Below are positions 54,407 to 63,869 of a stretch of 64,000 nucleotides of DNA, in pieces; positions within the stretch are counted from its first letter, which is position 1; each line of letters opens with the position of its first letter. Origin of the DNA: an uncultured Candidatus Saccharibacteria bacterium (GTDB taxonomy: Bacteria > Patescibacteriota > Saccharimonadia > Saccharimonadales > 2-12-FULL-41-12); contig CAMTYB010000002.1 in NCBI GenBank assembly GCA_947085855.1, positions 87,278 to 151,277 of the forward strand. Reading direction: 5' to 3'. The notes below the pieces were generated by a model, which worked only from the letters and a program-made list of their open reading frames with translations, searched no databases and was not told where the DNA came from. The translations under genes were made by a program, and so were the position numbers.

Positions 54407-55138
54407 ATGGCAGGCATTTTTAGTAAATCAACCATCGATATTTCGAGCGGCCAATCTTTTGTCTACTTCACGCCCCTGTCATGGCATCCAACTGGTTCAA
54501 AGCCTGCTATTTTGTATGCTCATGGTCGCGGCGGTACGGCCCGCGACTTCTTCGATCCTTCAGTGTACGCTAAGCTCAAAGCGTTTACTGATGCTGGTTA
54601 TCCGCTTGTAGCCAACGATTTAGGCGGAACTACCAACTACGGTAATGATACGGCTATCACGCGTTTGGACCAGACTCGAACATTCGCCCAAGGTTCGCAG
54701 ATAGGCGCTAAGTCTGGCAAAGTTGTGTTATTCAGCGTCTCAATGGGCGGCCTCGCTGTTTGTAACTGGGCACGCCAAAATAAGTCTCTCGTATCGTGTA
54801 TTGTCATGACGGTTCCTGCTACCGAATTGGAGTACTATCATGATAACGACATCCTCGAAGGGGTTGATGCTGAAGCTGAAATTGATGCAGCCTACGGTGG
54901 CCATACAAATTATGTTAATTCCTTAGCAACCCACAGCCCTCTTAATTACGCTGCAGAGATCGCCGACTTACCTATCGCAATTTTTTATAATACAGATGAC
55001 AACATGGCTTCGCCAGCTCGCATTGAGGCTTTTGGGGCTGCAGTTGGGGCTAGTATGTTTCCCTCACTTGGCCTCCATACGCTCGATAATATAAATATGA
55101 CACAACTTATTTCTTTTATAGATACACATACTGCGTAG
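54407..55138 (+). CDS. Alpha/beta hydrolase (esterase/lipase-like), 243 aa
   Basis: Starts 4 nt after the previous stop. HGRGG oxyanion-type motif and nucleophile elbow VSMGGL (GxSxG variant). No signal peptide. Confidence 0.6.
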   Translation: MAGIFSKSTIDISSGQSFVYFTPLSWHPTGSKPAILYAHGRGGTARDFFDPSVYAKLKAFTDAGYPLVANDLGGTTNYGNDTAITRLDQTRTFAQGSQIGAKSGKVVLFSVSMGGLAVCNWARQNKSLVSCIVMTVPATELEYYHDNDILEGVDAEAEIDAAYGGHTNYVNSLATHSPLNYAAEIADLPIAIFYNTDDNMASPARIEAFGAAVGASMFPSLGLHTLDNINMTQLISFIDTHTA

Positions 55139-55148
55139 ATCAGGTTAA

Positions 55149-55175
55149 TTAGCACTCTTGACACGAGAGTGCTAA
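55149..55175. promoter_or_regulatory. CIRCE element (HrcA operator), perfect consensus
   Basis: TTAGCACTC (55149-55157) - N9 (ttgacacga) - GAGTGCTAA (55167-55175). The spacer contains TTGACA (55158-55163), a -35 box with TATCAT at 55180-85 (16-nt spacing). Confidence 0.9.
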
Positions 55176-55249
55176 CTGGTATCATGGTAGGTAGTGGTCC
55201 AACACATTGAGACAAAACTCAAAAGGCTGCTAGAAAGTGGGAAACATAT

Positions 55250-57745
55250 ATGATGCCATCTTCGCCTGATTTTCAAGAATTTTTAAACCATCTAACAGAT
55301 AACGCGTTAGCAAGTTTGCGCAATGCAGACGCTATTGCTCGTGGTACTGGCAGTGCTTACGTTGGCACGGAGCATCTGCTGTTGGGCGTGTTAGCGCAAG
55401 ACACGTCAATGGGAGCAAAATTACTTGAAGGTGCCGGGGTAACACTCCAAAAGGCCAAGCTGGCATTAAATGTTAATTCAGGACCCGTCCAAGCACTCGG
55501 GGCTAAAGGTTTAAGTGAAGTCGCTAAGCTTACTTTGCGAATGGCATACGAAATTGCCCAAGACTTTAGCCAGGATTTCTGCGGTACCGAGCATATTCTC
55601 TATAGTATCTTGAGTCAAAAGAACGCTCGTGCCACCGAGTTGCTCAAGAACATGGATGTCGAAGTTGACACTCTTATGCAAGAGCTGGAAAACTTCCTCA
55701 ATCGACAGCAGTCAAGTGGTGGCGGCATAGCCGAAGCCCGCAAGCCAGGTGCTCGCAAGCCAAAGAAGACAGCGCTTGATTTCTTTGGCACTGATTTAAC
55801 GGCCCAGGCTCGTAAGAACAAGCTTGATCCGGTGGTTGGTCGGGAAAACCAAATTCGTCGCATGATTACTATTTTGAGCCGACGAACCAAAAACAACCCA
55901 GTTCTCATTGGCGAACCTGGCGTTGGCAAAACTGCTATTGTCGAAGGTTTGGCAGCTCGAATTGTGGCAGAGGACGTACCAGATAATCTGTTAGATAAGC
56001 GTATTGTTATGCTTGATTTAACGGCCATGATTGCTGGCACAAAGTATCGTGGCGAGTTTGAAGAGCGCCTTAAGAAGGTGATGGAAGAACTTGAAAATGA
56101 TAAATCTACCATTGTTTTTGTAGATGAGCTGCACTTAATTGTTGGTGCCGGTGCGGCCGAAGGCGCCCTGGATGCCGGTAATATGCTTAAACCAGCCTTA
56201 GCCCGAGGTAAAATTCAATTAATTGGCGCCACTACAACCGATGAGTATACCAAGCACGTCGAAAAGGATGCTGCCTTGGAGCGCCGTTTTCAGCCAGTTC
56301 AGGTTCCAGAGGCAACTGAAATTGAAACGTTGGCCATCCTCAAAGGTCTCAAAAAGCACTACGAATCATTCCACGGAGTCACCGTAAGTGAAGAGGTGTT
56401 AGAAGACACTGTCCGCTTTGCGAAACGCTATATTAATGATCGCTTTATGCCAGACAAGGCTATTGATTTGCTTGATGAAGCCTCTGCTCACGTTCGAGTC
56501 GACAAGGGCAAAACTCCACCCGAATTGCGGGAAGCTCAAAAGGAATTGCGTCTACTGCAGGTCCGTATTGAAGATGCGGCCGCCAACGAAGACTACGAAG
56601 CAGCCGCTCGTTTTAAGACCCAGGCTAGCCAATTGAGTCAGAAGATCACCGATTTGCAGGCTAAATATCATGCGGTCAAGAAGCTGACTCTAACGAGTGA
56701 TGATGTGGCGGCTGTAGTCGCTCGTATTACTGGCGTACCTGTACAGAAAGTCATCCGCACCGAAGCTAAGTACTTGTTGAATCTTGAAAAGACGCTGAGC
56801 AAACACATTATCGGCCAAAAAGAAGCAATCAGTGCCGTAGCTCGAGCTGTGCGACGTAATCGCAGCGGCATAAGTGATGATAAGCGACCAATTGGCTCAT
56901 TTATCTTCTTGGGCCCAACCGGAGTTGGTAAGACTGAGTTGGCTCGCGTTTTGGCCCGTGAATTCTTCGGCCGCGAAGATGCACTGGTTAAGATTGACAT
57001 GAGCGAATTTGGCGAACATCACAATGTATCTCGTTTGATGGGTGCACCGGCTGGTTACGTTGGCTATGATGACGGCGGTCAATTGACAGATAAAATTCGT
57101 CGTCAACCTTATAGCTTGGTCTTGTTTGACGAAATCGAAAAGGCCCACCCTGATGTTTTCAATATGTTGTTGCAGTTGCTCGAAGACGGTCGCCTGACTG
57201 ATAGTAAGGGTCGAGTTATTGACTTTAGTAACACGGTTGTCATTATGACGAGTAATATTGGCGCTGAAAAGCTACAGAAAGAGGCTCGCCTTGGCTTTAG
57301 TGTCACTACAGCAGCTGAGCAGAAGAATTTAGCAGATCTACATGAACGCAATAAGAGCGACGTGCTTGAATCGCTGCGAAAGATGATGCGACCCGAATTG
57401 CTTAACCGTATCGATAACAATATTGTTTTTCAGGCGCTTACCAAAGAGGAGATTATGCAAATTCTCGACTTACAACTCGCCGACCTCGAAAAACGTCTGA
57501 TTCGACACGGTATTGGTCTAAAAGTTCAAACTTCGGCCAAGAAATACCTGACTGAGCATGGGTATGACGTGAAGAATGGCGTTCGTCCATTACGTCGTCA
57601 GCTGCAGGAGACTCTTGAAGATCACATTTCCCAGGGTCTATTAGAGGGTACGTATCACAAAGGTAATGTGGTTACTGTGGCCGCCCGGAGTGGCAAACTT
57701 ATATACAGCAGCAGTTCAGAAGCAGCCGTTACTCATAAGAAATAG
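55250..57745 (+). CDS. clpC: ATP-dependent Clp protease ATP-binding subunit ClpC
   Basis: Two Clp_N repeats, AAA-1 GEPGVGKTA, a UVR-like linker (DYEAAARFK), AAA-2 GPTGVGKTE and the ClpB_D2-small domain. Confidence 0.93.
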   Translation: MMPSSPDFQEFLNHLTDNALASLRNADAIARGTGSAYVGTEHLLLGVLAQDTSMGAKLLEGAGVTLQKAKLALNVNSGPVQALGAKGLSEVAKLTLRMAYEIAQDFSQDFCGTEHILYSILSQKNARATELLKNMDVEVDTLMQELENFLNRQQSSGGGIAEARKPGARKPKKTALDFFGTDLTAQARKNKLDPVVGRENQIRRMITILSRRTKNNPVLIGEPGVGKTAIVEGLAARIVAEDVPDNLLDKRIVMLDLTAMIAGTKYRGEFEERLKKVMEELENDKSTIVFVDELHLIVGAGAAEGALDAGNMLKPALARGKIQLIGATTTDEYTKHVEKDAALERRFQPVQVPEATEIETLAILKGLKKHYESFHGVTVSEEVLEDTVRFAKRYINDRFMPDKAIDLLDEASAHVRVDKGKTPPELREAQKELRLLQVRIEDAAANEDYEAAARFKTQASQLSQKITDLQAKYHAVKKLTLTSDDVAAVVARITGVPVQKVIRTEAKYLLNLEKTLSKHIIGQKEAISAVARAVRRNRSGISDDKRPIGSFIFLGPTGVGKTELARVLAREFFGREDALVKIDMSEFGEHHNVSRLMGAPAGYVGYDDGGQLTDKIRRQPYSLVLFDEIEKAHPDVFNMLLQLLEDGRLTDSKGRVIDFSNTVVIMTSNIGAEKLQKEARLGFSVTTAAEQKNLADLHERNKSDVLESLRKMMRPELLNRIDNNIVFQALTKEEIMQILDLQLADLEKRLIRHGIGLKVQTSAKKYLTEHGYDVKNGVRPLRRQLQETLEDHISQGLLEGTYHKGNVVTVAARSGKLIYSSSSEAAVTHKK

Positions 57746-57803
57746 TTACATAGTTACGTTAAGTCGGTTATATCTCAACTGATTTAGGCTATAATAAGTC
57801 AAG

Positions 57804-58775
57804 ATGAAGCAGTTTCTCCGATTTGTAGTCGGCATTGTTGGCATACTAGTAATTGTTGGCTCGGTATATGGCGTCTTTAATCGACAAGCGATTCTTGATT
57901 TCTTTGCTCTCCGCAACTACAATCCGCCAGAACAGATCGTGGCTCTGGCTGATGATACAACCATGCAAGATGGCACTCGACGGGTGTTTTACGTCAACCA
58001 CCCTGAGTTAAATGACAAGACAGCTTTTAGGCAAAATTGTCCAACCAACGAACACTCTATTGTGCTGGGCTGCTACGTCGAGCGTAATGGTATCTACTTG
58101 CTTGATGTTACCGACGAACGTTTAACCGGTATTATCCAAGTGACCGCTGCGCACGAGGTACTGCATGCGGAATACGACAGATTAAGCTCAGCCGAACGAC
58201 AGCGCATCGATGGCCTGACAGCAGCTTTTCTTGCTACGCTCACAGACGATCGTGTTAAAAAAACAGTAGAAGAGTATCGGGCTAAAGACCCTTCAGTTGT
58301 GCCGAATGAGTTGCATTCTATTTTGGCCACTGAGGTAAAGGACTTATCAACGGAGCTGGAACAGTACTACGGTCAGTACTTTAAGGATCGCTCTAAAATA
58401 GTGGCTTATTCAGAGCGTTACGAGCAGACATTTATCGACCTCAAGAACCAGGTGGAAAAATTTGATGAGCAGCTCAATCAGTTAAAGATTGAAATTGAAT
58501 CAAACAAGGTCGCTATTGAGGGTCAAAATAAGGACCTGGAACAACAAAAGAATCGGCTTGATAATCTTATGAATTCAGGCGATACAGATGGTTACAATAA
58601 TGAGGTGCCTGCCTTTAACGGTCAAGTAAATGCGTATAACAGCCTTATCAATCAAACTCGTGGTTTGATCAGCCAATACAACAGTATTGTCGAAAAGCGC
58701 AATGCCATTGCTACGGCTGAGCAAGAGTTGGTCGAAGCACTCGACAGTAAAATAACTTCCAAAGAGATTCAGTAA
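57804..58775 (+). CDS. Membrane-anchored hypothetical protein with an HExxH motif and a coiled-coil tail
   Basis: 323 aa. N-terminal TM helix (FVVGIVGILVIVGSVYGVF), VTAAHEVLHAEY (HExxH), and a C-terminal Gln/Asn/Glu-rich coiled coil. TATAAT lies 8 nt before the ATG. Confidence 0.55.
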   Translation: MKQFLRFVVGIVGILVIVGSVYGVFNRQAILDFFALRNYNPPEQIVALADDTTMQDGTRRVFYVNHPELNDKTAFRQNCPTNEHSIVLGCYVERNGIYLLDVTDERLTGIIQVTAAHEVLHAEYDRLSSAERQRIDGLTAAFLATLTDDRVKKTVEEYRAKDPSVVPNELHSILATEVKDLSTELEQYYGQYFKDRSKIVAYSERYEQTFIDLKNQVEKFDEQLNQLKIEIESNKVAIEGQNKDLEQQKNRLDNLMNSGDTDGYNNEVPAFNGQVNAYNSLINQTRGLISQYNSIVEKRNAIATAEQELVEALDSKITSKEIQ

Positions 58776-60145
58776 TGGCTAAAAAATCTGCTACTCAGTT
58801 TGTCTGCAGTAATTGCGGTTCTGCAACTAGTCGCTGGAGCGGCAAGTGTATGACGTGTGGTGAATGGAATACGTTGCAAGAAGAGGCCGTTATAGTGCCT
58901 TTGACTGCTTCTGGCAAAGCATCTGGCTCGGGCAGCCTATCAATATCGGACTTGGCGACCGCCAGTAAAAAGGATCAGGTTAAACGAATCAAAACCACGA
59001 TTTCGGATGTTGACGCTGTGTTGGGCGGTGGTTTTGTGCCAGGCAGTGTTACGTTGATTGCCGGCCAACCCGGTATAGGCAAAAGCACGCTACTGCTGCA
59101 AATTGCAACCAGTGTAGCAGTTGCCCAAAATGTTCTGTATGTCAGCGGGGAAGAGTCGGCGCATCAAATTGGTCTGAGGGCACAGCGGCTTGGTGTTGCT
59201 AAAGCAAATGTGGATTTGGCGAGCAGTACCAGCGCTCACGAGATTGCAGCAACAATTGCTGGGCAGGGTTACGACTTAGTAATTATCGACTCGATCCAGA
59301 CCATTACTGTCGAAGGTGTGGCCTCGGCGGCTGGCACAGTCAGCCAGATCACCAACAGTACTCACGTACTAACGCAGGCTGCCAAGATTAAAAATACAGC
59401 CATTGTTTTGGTTGGTCACGTCACCAAGGAAGGCTCAATTGCTGGACCAAAAGTGTTGGAGCACGTTGTCGATACTGTTTTGCAGCTCGAAGGTGATCGT
59501 TATGGTGGCTTCAAGCTGCTGCGTAGTGTTAAGAATCGGTTTGGCTCAACTACCGAGGCGGGCATTTTTGAGATGCAAGATAACGGCCTTAAACAAATCG
59601 ATAACCCTTCGGCTGCTTTGCTTGAAGAACGACAGATAAGCGACGGCTCAGTTGTCCTTGCAACTATAGAAGGTAGTCGAGCTTTGCTGGTGGAAGTGCA
59701 GGCTTTGGTCAACAAAACCTCGTATGGCTATCCTAAGCGCACTGCAAGCGGCTTTGAACTGAATCGCCTCAATCTACTGGTTGCCATGCTCGAACGGCGT
59801 ACTAAGCTTAATTTGGCCGACCAAGACATTTATATCAATATTGTTGGTGGTATTAAAATTACAGAGCCAGGTGCTGATCTGGCAGTCTGCATGGCGATTG
59901 CATCAGCCGCCAAAGGCATGCAGCTGAAAAAGAATGCCGTAGTCTACGGCGAAGTTGGTTTATCTGGGGAAGTTCGACACGTGCCGTTTGCCGAAAAGCG
60001 AATTAGTGAGGCCCAGAAGCTCGGCTTTGATACCGTAATTGGTCCGGCATTGGCAAAATCACGATCTACCAAATCAACGACACTATTAAAACCAATTAAG
60101 GACGTCCGAACGGCCTTAAATACATATTTAGAAATGGAAAAATAA
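58775..60145 (+). CDS. radA: DNA repair protein RadA/Sms
   Basis: Zinc finger CSNCGS...CMTCGEWNT, Walker A GQPGIGKST, KNRFG motif and a Lon-like C-terminal domain. Confidence 0.95.
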   Translation: MAKKSATQFVCSNCGSATSRWSGKCMTCGEWNTLQEEAVIVPLTASGKASGSGSLSISDLATASKKDQVKRIKTTISDVDAVLGGGFVPGSVTLIAGQPGIGKSTLLLQIATSVAVAQNVLYVSGEESAHQIGLRAQRLGVAKANVDLASSTSAHEIAATIAGQGYDLVIIDSIQTITVEGVASAAGTVSQITNSTHVLTQAAKIKNTAIVLVGHVTKEGSIAGPKVLEHVVDTVLQLEGDRYGGFKLLRSVKNRFGSTTEAGIFEMQDNGLKQIDNPSAALLEERQISDGSVVLATIEGSRALLVEVQALVNKTSYGYPKRTASGFELNRLNLLVAMLERRTKLNLADQDIYINIVGGIKITEPGADLAVCMAIASAAKGMQLKKNAVVYGEVGLSGEVRHVPFAEKRISEAQKLGFDTVIGPALAKSRSTKSTTLLKPIKDVRTALNTYLEMEK

Positions 60146-60885
60146 TGGAACAAACCTTAGATACTATTCAAATCATCTTACTCATCGTAGTCATTGGACT
60201 GCTCTATAAATTATCAAACAGCAAAATACGAACCGGTAAGTACACAAAAACTACTAACAAAAAATTGGTTATGGATACCTCGGCGCTCATTGATGGTCGA
60301 ATTTTAGAAATTGCCAACGCTGGCTTCTTGCCGCTACAACTGGTGGTGCCACGCTTTATCATCAATGAATTGCAGCTTTTGGCTGACGGCAAAGACTCTC
60401 ATAAGCGCGGTCGAGCTCGGTTCGGTCTTGATCTGGTGCAAGCCCTGCAAGATAGTGACAATGCTTCTGTTGTCATTGCACAACAAGACTTTGACCGAAA
60501 AATACCAACCGATGATAGGCTGGTATTAATTGCCAAGAAGCTTTCGGCAGACTTATGCACCACTGACTATAATTTGAATAAAGTAGCTACCATCGAAGGT
60601 GTGCGCGTACTTAACGTAAACGAGCTGGCTCAAGCCTTACGGCCAATTGCGCTACCCGGTGAAGACAAGCGTGTTAAAATCGTCCAAAAAGGCAGCGGCA
60701 AGAACCAAGGCGTTGGCTATATGGATGATGGCTCGATGGTTGTCGTAGAGGACGCTGGCAGGGCAATCGGTAAAACCTTGGACATTGAAGTTAGTCGATA
60801 TATACAGACAGAGGCAGGCAAGATGCTATTTGCTAAGCGCAAGTCTAAGCAGGCAGAAGTGCAGCCCCGCAAAAGTGCCCAGTAA
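60145..60885 (+). CDS. PIN/TRAM-domain protein (YacL-like)
   Basis: 246 aa. N-terminal TM helix, PIN domain (VMDTSALIDGRI...TTDYNLNKVA) and TRAM-like C-terminus (KGSGKNQGVGYMDDGSMVVVE). The clpC...radA-yacL order resembles Gram-positive synteny. Confidence 0.8.
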   Translation: MEQTLDTIQIILLIVVIGLLYKLSNSKIRTGKYTKTTNKKLVMDTSALIDGRILEIANAGFLPLQLVVPRFIINELQLLADGKDSHKRGRARFGLDLVQALQDSDNASVVIAQQDFDRKIPTDDRLVLIAKKLSADLCTTDYNLNKVATIEGVRVLNVNELAQALRPIALPGEDKRVKIVQKGSGKNQGVGYMDDGSMVVVEDAGRAIGKTLDIEVSRYIQTEAGKMLFAKRKSKQAEVQPRKSAQ

Positions 60886-60887
60886 TT

Positions 60888-63869
60888 TTAGTTTACGGTT
60901 GTAACGTTCGAGGTACCGTTTGAGCCATCTCGGGCAACAACCTCGGTGCCTGGAGGGGCGCTACCAGCTGGTGCACTACAGTTACCTGAAGGACCGCCGC
61001 TACAGAGCGGTTGATTGTTGGAAACTCGATACACTGTGACGGTGCCATTTCCGCCCGACCAACTAAAGCCAGATGAGCTAGCATTGAGGCTAATTACCCC
61101 TGATGTTGGGGCAGAGCCAAAGTCGACAGTCTTAGTGTCCTTGGCGTCGTAAAGCACACTGTCAATTACTTCTGCACTGACTTCATGGCTACCCGATAAG
61201 GTTGATGCAAATGCGTGAGATACGGTAACTGGGCTGCTGTTCGCGTCAAAACTCTGGACCACACGTCCATCAACCAGGATGTTAATCTTGCCTCTAAAGC
61301 GGTCGCTAGACATGGGGTGAGTGCCCTTGGCTGCCGTCGCTGTAAAGGTGTAACTTGCTCCACTTCCACTCACCGCCAATGAAATGCTTGGCTTAGCATC
61401 TTCACACTTGTGTACATCGTCCTTTTCGGTAGTTGTCGCACCTGCTGTGCCATTAAAGCGGTCACTCGAGTAGGCATTAGCTGAAGCGTTGGCGCCACTT
61501 TGCTTGGCTCGGGGTGGAGTACAGTCGGTGGCAATTTTGTTAGAGACAATATCAATGGTTTGTCTCGTGTTAGGGTTGGTTTTTTTGTACCATGACGGGA
61601 AGAGGTCATTGGCAGGACTTGGTTCGACTGAGTTAACGCCAACATGGTTGCGGACAACAAATGCTGGAAGGGTTTGCACACCAGCTGGTTTTTTACGCTC
61701 TTCTGGCTTCAGGTTGTCGTGAGCCTTCTGCATCCAACCGGATACAATTGGTTGAGTCATGGTTTCCATAAAGCCGCTCAATTCTTTGGTGCGATCGTGA
61801 TAGCCGACCCATGTGCCAACAGCATATTGTGTTGACATGCCAACCATCCAACCATCCTTTGAGTCGTTTGTGGTACCCGTCTTAAAGCCGAACTTCCAGC
61901 CTTTGTACTTGTGTGACTTGTTGGCCATATAGCTGGCATTTGGGTCGCTCATCATGTCGCTGACGATGTAGGCAGTTTCATCACGAATAGCCTGGACGCC
62001 CTTGCTTGGCTTCCATTCCTCAACGACTTTATTGCTCGCATCTTCGATCTTAAGAATGTATGTTTGCGGAATATTAAGACCATTGCGGGATAGCGTGGCA
62101 ATGCCATGGACATGCTCATCCATTTTAAGAAACGCACCGTCGCCGATGGCAGCAGCCGCATAACACTTCTTGTCTTTGGTGAGCTGCTCGTCTATGTAGC
62201 ACTTGTAGTCGCCGCGGGCTTCACCTTCCGGTGTGCCTGGTGATTGCATCAACTTCTTAGATGTTTCAATTGTTTTATCAACACCTACGGTTAGCATGGC
62301 TTTGACGGCAGGTACGTTGCGAGATCCGCCCAGAGCGTATCGTAGGGTCAGCGGGCCAGGATAGCGGAAGTCATAATTGTTCAAACAGTTACCGGTTGGC
62401 GGTCGTGCTTTATTAGTACATGGGTAGCCTTCTAGTGGTCCCTGAGTGTCATATAATACCGAGCCGGCACCAGCGTTGGTACTGTGTTCAATAAGCGCAG
62501 CGTAATCATACGGCTTATAACTTGAACCAGGCGGCAATTTGAGTCGGGCGTAATTGTTCTGGCCGAACTCCTTGTTATTAAAGTCTGTACCGCCCACGAG
62601 AGCGACTACCTGACCGGTTTTCACATCTTCTGCCACCATGGCAGCAGTATCACCGCCCTGGCGCTTAACACGCGCGATGTTGTTAGCAATTTGGTCTTCG
62701 GCTAACTTCTGTTTTTCTAGATCGAGTGTGGTAGTAACTTTCATGCCGCCGACTTTGACGGTTTCTGGCCGACTCGCAATTAATTGCTCTTTCGCAGTCA
62801 GAACAAACCATGGAGCTTTGATGCCGTCGTACTTCGGCGAGCGCTGCTTGATCGTGGCAATAGTATCAACCTTTTTGGCGTTATCACGTTGTTCGGCTGT
62901 GATTTTACCTTGTTGTTGCATCAGATCAAGAATGTAATGCTGACGGCCGATCAGGGCTTCTTTGTCATAGCGGGCGCCATATGGTGAGTAATAGGTTGGA
63001 GACTGAGGCATTGCAGCTAAGAATGCTGCTTCATCAAGACTGGCATCTTTAGCTGACTTCTTGAAATAGTCCTGCATAGCAGCTTCAACGCCGTAGGTTA
63101 TATCGCCATACGGTGCAGTATTAAGGTAGCCAGTTAAAATCTCTTGCTTCGTGTAAGAGCGTTCCAGCTCAACTGATAAGATCAGCTCTTTAACTTTGCG
63201 GGTATAGGTGCGGTCTTTCGTCCAGTTCTGCGTTAATTTAACGAGCTGCTGGGTAATAGTAGAACCACCTTGAGTATTACCGTCACCGAAGGTGTTGCTC
63301 ACACCTGCACGGACGATGCCGCGGGTATCAAAGCCGCCATGCTGGAAAAAGTCTTTGTCTTCAACGGCGACAGTAGCATCTTTAAGGTGCTGTGACATAG
63401 CCTCGTCCTTAACGGGGATACGTTTGACAGCATCATAGTCTTCCCAGAGTAGGGTTTGTCCAGTTCGGTCATAGTATCTAATGGAGCCACCGAGGTTGTT
63501 GCCAGAAATGTCACGTAGGTTAGGCAAATCTTTGCGGAAGTAGGCAAAGGTACCAATTAAAAGTAGGAAGACAGCCAAAGCACCGATACCAGCGACTTTA
63601 AGGGCCATAATGCCGCCTTCGCGACTAAACCAGTACTTAAAGACGCGCTTAGGATGTAAGCGATAAATAGTTCGTTTGAGGCGACCTTTTGGCAACGTAG
63701 CAAGGTAAGCAGCTTTTTTACGTAAACGTGCATCTTTACCAGCCTTTAAACGGCCGTTGATGCTGCGATTCAACTTAATTTTGTTCCCGCTTTTTGTTAC
63801 GTAGTGGTTCCTGCTTTGGGTATGCAGTCCGCCTTTCCGCTTCTTCCCACGGTTGAGTGGTTTAGTCAT
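60888..63869 (-). CDS. Bifunctional class A penicillin-binding protein (PBP1A-type) with a long C-terminal extension
   Basis: 993 aa. Basic cytoplasmic N-terminus and TM helix, GT51 motifs (EDKDFFQHGGFD, GGSTITQQ, RKVKELILSVELE), transpeptidase motifs SSYK, SRN and KTGTT, then about 250 aa that are Ser/Gly/Thr-rich and Ig-like. AAGGAG SD. Confidence 0.92.
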   Translation of the reverse strand: MTKPLNRGKKRKGGLHTQSRNHYVTKSGNKIKLNRSINGRLKAGKDARLRKKAAYLATLPKGRLKRTIYRLHPKRVFKYWFSREGGIMALKVAGIGALAVFLLLIGTFAYFRKDLPNLRDISGNNLGGSIRYYDRTGQTLLWEDYDAVKRIPVKDEAMSQHLKDATVAVEDKDFFQHGGFDTRGIVRAGVSNTFGDGNTQGGSTITQQLVKLTQNWTKDRTYTRKVKELILSVELERSYTKQEILTGYLNTAPYGDITYGVEAAMQDYFKKSAKDASLDEAAFLAAMPQSPTYYSPYGARYDKEALIGRQHYILDLMQQQGKITAEQRDNAKKVDTIATIKQRSPKYDGIKAPWFVLTAKEQLIASRPETVKVGGMKVTTTLDLEKQKLAEDQIANNIARVKRQGGDTAAMVAEDVKTGQVVALVGGTDFNNKEFGQNNYARLKLPPGSSYKPYDYAALIEHSTNAGAGSVLYDTQGPLEGYPCTNKARPPTGNCLNNYDFRYPGPLTLRYALGGSRNVPAVKAMLTVGVDKTIETSKKLMQSPGTPEGEARGDYKCYIDEQLTKDKKCYAAAAIGDGAFLKMDEHVHGIATLSRNGLNIPQTYILKIEDASNKVVEEWKPSKGVQAIRDETAYIVSDMMSDPNASYMANKSHKYKGWKFGFKTGTTNDSKDGWMVGMSTQYAVGTWVGYHDRTKELSGFMETMTQPIVSGWMQKAHDNLKPEERKKPAGVQTLPAFVVRNHVGVNSVEPSPANDLFPSWYKKTNPNTRQTIDIVSNKIATDCTPPRAKQSGANASANAYSSDRFNGTAGATTTEKDDVHKCEDAKPSISLAVSGSGASYTFTATAAKGTHPMSSDRFRGKINILVDGRVVQSFDANSSPVTVSHAFASTLSGSHEVSAEVIDSVLYDAKDTKTVDFGSAPTSGVISLNASSSGFSWSGGNGTVTVYRVSNNQPLCSGGPSGNCSAPAGSAPPGTEVVARDGSNGTSNVTTVN

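Noticed and set aside
53278-55138. Whether the tail-fibre-like gene marks a prophage or mobile element.
   Set aside because: No integrase, terminase, capsid, tRNA attachment site or flanking direct repeats are visible. The neighbours are core genes (nusA, clpC). It is treated as an isolated module rather than a mobile element.
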